59,092 nt of DNA from Octopus sinensis (Eukaryota). Where the stretch lies: contig NW_021834908.1 of assembly GCF_006345805.1 (NCBI RefSeq), positions 1 to 59,092 on the forward strand. The letters run 5' to 3'. The notes beneath the pieces were generated by a model. The model was not told the origin of the DNA. It saw only the letters and a program-made list of their open reading frames with translations, and did no database searches. Made by a program: the position numbers and the translations under genes. Below, in pieces: positions 58,046 to 59,092 of this stretch (positions are counted from its first letter, which is position 1; every line of letters begins with the position of its first letter).

Positions 58046-58199
58046 TGTTCAGCATAATTCGGCTAAAAACGCCGTAACGTACATTTAAGTGTTCCTACGT
58101 TGTTATTTGACTAAAAATCTCCAAGGAGCTGCTCCAGCGTGGCCGCAGTCTAATGCCCTGAAAGAAATAAAAGAGAAAACACGCGTGTATCAAATTACG

Positions 58200-58330
58200 C
58201 CGACGCCGACTTAGCCTTTCATCCTTTCGAGATCGATAAAATAAGTACCAGTTAAGTACGCGGATCTATGTAATCGACTTAGCTCCTCCCCCTAAAATTG
58301 CTGGCCTTGTGTCAAAATTTGAAACCAATA
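58200..58330 (+). mobile_element. SINE B 3' part
   Basis: gcctttcatcctttcgagatcgataaaataagtaccag...ggccttgtgtcaaaattt. Confidence 0.85.
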
Positions 58331-59065
58331 CGTATGTATATGTATGTATATACGCATGTATGTATGCATGCATGTAGTTATGTATATATGTATGCGTGTA
58401 TGTATGTGCGAATGTATGCATGTATGTATGTATGTATGTATGTATGTATGTATCTGCGTATGTATGTATGCACGTATGCTTGTATGTTTGTATGTGTGTA
58501 TGTATGTATTCGTGCATGCATGTATGTTTGCATGTATGTATGTCCGTATGTATGTATGTATGTATGTATGTTGTATGTATGTATGTATTATGTATGTATG
58601 CATGTATGTATGTATCTGCGTATGTATGAATGTATGTATGCATGTATGCATTATTATGTATGTATATGTGTATGTATGTATGCATATATGCATGTATGTA
58701 TGCATGTATTCATACATGTATGCATGTATATAAGTATGTATGTATGTATGTATGTATGTATGTATGTATGTATGTATGTATGCAAACGTATATCTATGTA
58801 TGTACGCATGCATATACGTATGCATGTGCGTATGTATGTATGTATGTATGTATGTATGTATGCATGTATGTGCGTATGTATGTATGTATGCATGTATGTA
58901 TGTATGCATGTATGCATGTAGGCATGTATGTATGTACACGTGTATGCATGTGTGTATGCCTGCATATATGCGTGCGTGTGTGTGTGTGTGCATGATCGAG
59001 TGAGTGAGTGAATGAGTGAGTGAGTGAGTGAGTGAGTGATGAGTGAGTGAGTGAGTGAGTGAGAG
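58330..59065. repeat. (TATG)n and (GAGT)n microsatellite
   Basis: Directly visible. Confidence 0.95.
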
Positions 59066-59092
59066 AGTGTTTGTGTTTGTAATGTGATACAT

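Overview
AT-rich, microsatellite-saturated eukaryotic DNA with no host gene that I can recognise. The repeat landscape looks like an octopus/coleoid cephalopod intron or intergenic region. That assignment is inference from recalled SINE families and microsatellite density, not a database result. Most ORFs in the supplied track are translations of simple repeats or SINEs. The only protein-like sequence is decayed transposon coding sequence: two mariner transposases, two R4/Dong-type RT fossils, two CR1-like LINE 3' ends and a doubtful RTE relic. The window holds many copies of three tRNA-derived SINE families (called A, B and C here), MITEs with clear TIR/TSD signatures (piggyBac, hAT, Tc2/pogo-like, and one with an 8-bp TSD), a canonical non-autonomous Helitron, and several multi-level nested insertions resolvable by TSDs. 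The most interesting signals are: (1) short hammerhead-ribozyme-bearing, often fold-back, Penelope-like relics with no ORF; (2) a SINE head joined to at least four different 3' tails; (3) a LINE 3' end that matches the SINE-A tail; (4) recurrent SINE-into-itself insertions; (5) a ~0.5 kb headless element found twice inside (TAA)n SINE tails. Several tandem duplications differ mainly by 1-bp indels and may be assembly artefacts. I found no evidence for a novel protein-coding system. Boundaries not fixed by a TSD or TIR are approximate.
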